Of a stretch of 55,385 nt of DNA, positions 53,608 to 55,385 are shown piece after piece. Source of the DNA: a virus. Taxonomy: Duplodnaviria > Caudoviricetes. Both the position numbers and the translations under genes were made by a program. The notes beneath the pieces were generated by a model. That model was not told the DNA's origin. It searched no databases and saw nothing but the letters and a program-made list of their open reading frames with translations. Where the stretch lies: IMG/VR virus record IMGVR_UViG_3300046804_004030, positions 1-55,385 of that record; one strand, given 5' to 3'. Position 1 is the stretch's first letter; every line of letters starts with the position of its first letter.

Positions 53608-55385
53608 CAGTTTGTGTAGTTAATTTGACTTGAGGCTCTCCATCTAACTCCACCATCATCAGTTATGAAAGTGAAGAGATGAGTTTTGCCAGACGTAAGT
53701 GAAGGGGCAGTGCCAGAGGGCCACTCTACACCGCTGAACCAAGTAATGGCCCCACTCGTATGAACGACTTCAAAAGTAAAGCTGTATGCCCTGCTGGCTG
53801 GAACATTGCTAACGGTGAAAGTAACAGAGGAAGAGATCGTTTTCGTGAAGTAGTTGCCAGCCGAACAGTCAATGTTCAGCGATGGGACGGCGACTGGAAC
53901 CTGCGCATAGGTGCCATTGACATCAAGATCTGTATTGGCCACTGCACTTGCTTGGCCAACGGCAACTGAGCCCGTTGTTGCAATGTTGCCAGTTGTGTTG
54001 ATATTGCCATAGGTGATAGCGGCACCGCTGACCTTGCCTGGAGTTGTAATGTTGCCAAGCTTGCCCTGATCAATTGAGCCAGCCAACATATCGTTGGTGA
54101 CTGTTCCGCTATCAGCACTTGTAATGATGGTCCCACTGACGTTGGGGGCCGTCAGCGTTCTTGAGGCTGAAAGCGACGCGGGAACGATCTCAAGCACGAA
54201 TGAACCAGTGCCACCGCCGCGACCGCGAAGCAGAATGCCGTCCTGCGTTGCAGCTTGCCTGAAGGTCTGGCCGGTTACATTCGTGAAGGTATTGGCACCA
54301 GTGAAAGCATTATTGCTGGCAGTGCCAATGCCATCGGTGATTCCGTAGCCAGAAAGAGTTGTTGGCTTATTGGCAAGATTCGCAAAAAGATACCCCGTGC
54401 AATAGATAAGATTTCCAGACTGAGGTGTATCAAGAACTGGTGATGTAAAAGTTGGGCCATTGCTGAGCACCACGCTGCCGATTCCCGTGCTGGTGGTGAC
54501 ACCGGTTCCCCCGTTTGCCACGGCCAGGGTGCCAGCCAGCGTCACGGCGCCCGTAGAGGCCGAGGACGGGGTGAGCCCGGTCGTCCCACCCGAGAAGCTG
54601 CTAACGCCTGCCACAGCCGCTGCTGGCGCCGCCCAGGTGCCGTCCGCCCGCAGGAAGTTCGTGGTCCCGCCGCCGCTCGCGGGGGTCAAGCCGGCAAGGG
54701 TGCTTCCGAACAGCGGGATCTCAGCATCCGATCCGGTGCTGCTTTCGATCGTCCTGTTGTATCCAGACCATGTAAGATTGGTTGGAACATTGACTTGTGC
54801 GCCGGTTTCAATTCCGTTAAGCTTTACCTTGTCGGCACCGCTCATGCTTCCAGCGGCACTGGTTGTTGCAGCGCTAATTGAGACGACTGGCGTTGATCCA
54901 CTGGTAACAGAGATCGGCGCAACACCGCTGATACTTGTGATCGCAACAGAGCTTGAGAATGAAATAACCCCGGTATTTGAGTCGTAAGTTAGATCGCCGC
55001 TAGCGCTGATTGCATTACGGGCACGCGCCTGCGTAAAGTACAGATTTGACGCTCCTTCTGTGATCGCATCCGAATTCGTTGGAATTGCCGAGGTCGGTAG
55101 CAGGCTGGTTGGAATCTTGCCACCAGAATCCAGCCTCGCAAGGCCGTTGGCGACGTTCATCGAAAGGGAGATATTCCTTACAAAAGTCCAGTCACCGTTG
55201 CCATCTTTTGTGGCAATTCCGCTAACAGAAAAAGGCTGGCCAGACTCTGATGTTACGTTTGTAACATACCTGCTGCCGGTGAATTCCTTGACAGCAAATT
55301 GAGTTGGCGCTGTATTCGCATCAACTTGACCAGTAGACGCAACAAGGGACGTATTGTTGCTGATCTCCCGCAGCTGTGTCCCAAC
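53607..55385 (-). CDS. tail fibre protein, 5-prime end beyond the window
   Basis: Frame open to window end; GLARLDSGGKIP, ITEGASNLYFT, LAVANGGTG, KPTTLSGYGITD fibre modules. Confidence 0.85.
   Translation of the reverse strand, partial: VGTQLREISNNTSLVASTGQVDANTAPTQFAVKEFTGSRYVTNVTSESGQPFSVSGIATKDGNGDWTFVRNISLSMNVANGLARLDSGGKIPTSLLPTSAIPTNSDAITEGASNLYFTQARARNAISASGDLTYDSNTGVISFSSSVAITSISGVAPISVTSGSTPVVSISAATTSAAGSMSGADKVKLNGIETGAQVNVPTNLTWSGYNRTIESSTGSDAEIPLFGSTLAGLTPASGGGTTNFLRADGTWAAPAAAVAGVSSFSGGTTGLTPSSASTGAVTLAGTLAVANGGTGVTTSTGIGSVVLSNGPTFTSPVLDTPQSGNLIYCTGYLFANLANKPTTLSGYGITDGIGTASNNAFTGANTFTNVTGQTFRQAATQDGILLRGRGGGTGSFVLEIVPASLSASRTLTAPNVSGTIITSADSGTVTNDMLAGSIDQGKLGNITTPGKVSGAAITYGNINTTGNIATTGSVAVGQASAVANTDLDVNGTYAQVPVAVPSLNIDCSAGNYFTKTISSSVTFTVSNVPASRAYSFTFEVVHTSGAITWFSGVEWPSGTAPSLTSGKTHLFTFITDDGGVRWRASSQINYTN

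Noticed and set aside
1-55385. HIP1 (GCGATCGC) over-representation
   Set aside because: No conspicuous iteration of the octamer seen by eye

Overview
This window is a 55-kb segment of a tailed dsDNA phage, very probably a cyanophage: it encodes a cyAbrB-like regulator, an RpoD-type sigma factor, ThyX and dCTP deaminase. From 1 to 8.2 kb there are small accessory genes (SLOG, XRE-HTH, thermonuclease, RHH, modular paralogues) and tRNA-Arg(UCU). From about 8.7 to 24.5 kb lies a compositionally distinct minus-strand domain rich in the degenerate palindrome (G/C)TNA(G/C). That domain holds about 35 short unknown genes behind sigma70-type promoters, a short C5-methyltransferase-like gene, a TerS-like gene, a RepL-like gene and an intricate non-coding block. 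The block contains 7 x 55-bp fixed-length units with invariant boxes, about 12 TGAATGGC repeats and nested inverted repeats. From 25 to 38 kb there are more accessory genes (dNMP kinase, HNH-AP2, MazG-like). The 38-50 kb region is recombination, replication and nucleotide metabolism (RusA, two SSB-like genes, exonuclease, Rad52/Sak, DnaB, initiator-like protein, dcd, thyX, sigma, AEP primase-like). The 51-55 kb region is the end of a tail-fibre module running off the window. The best candidate for an undescribed system is the 9.8-12.5 kb array/RepL/TerS locus and the motif-marked domain around it. All protein calls come from motif recognition by eye; no database searches were run.
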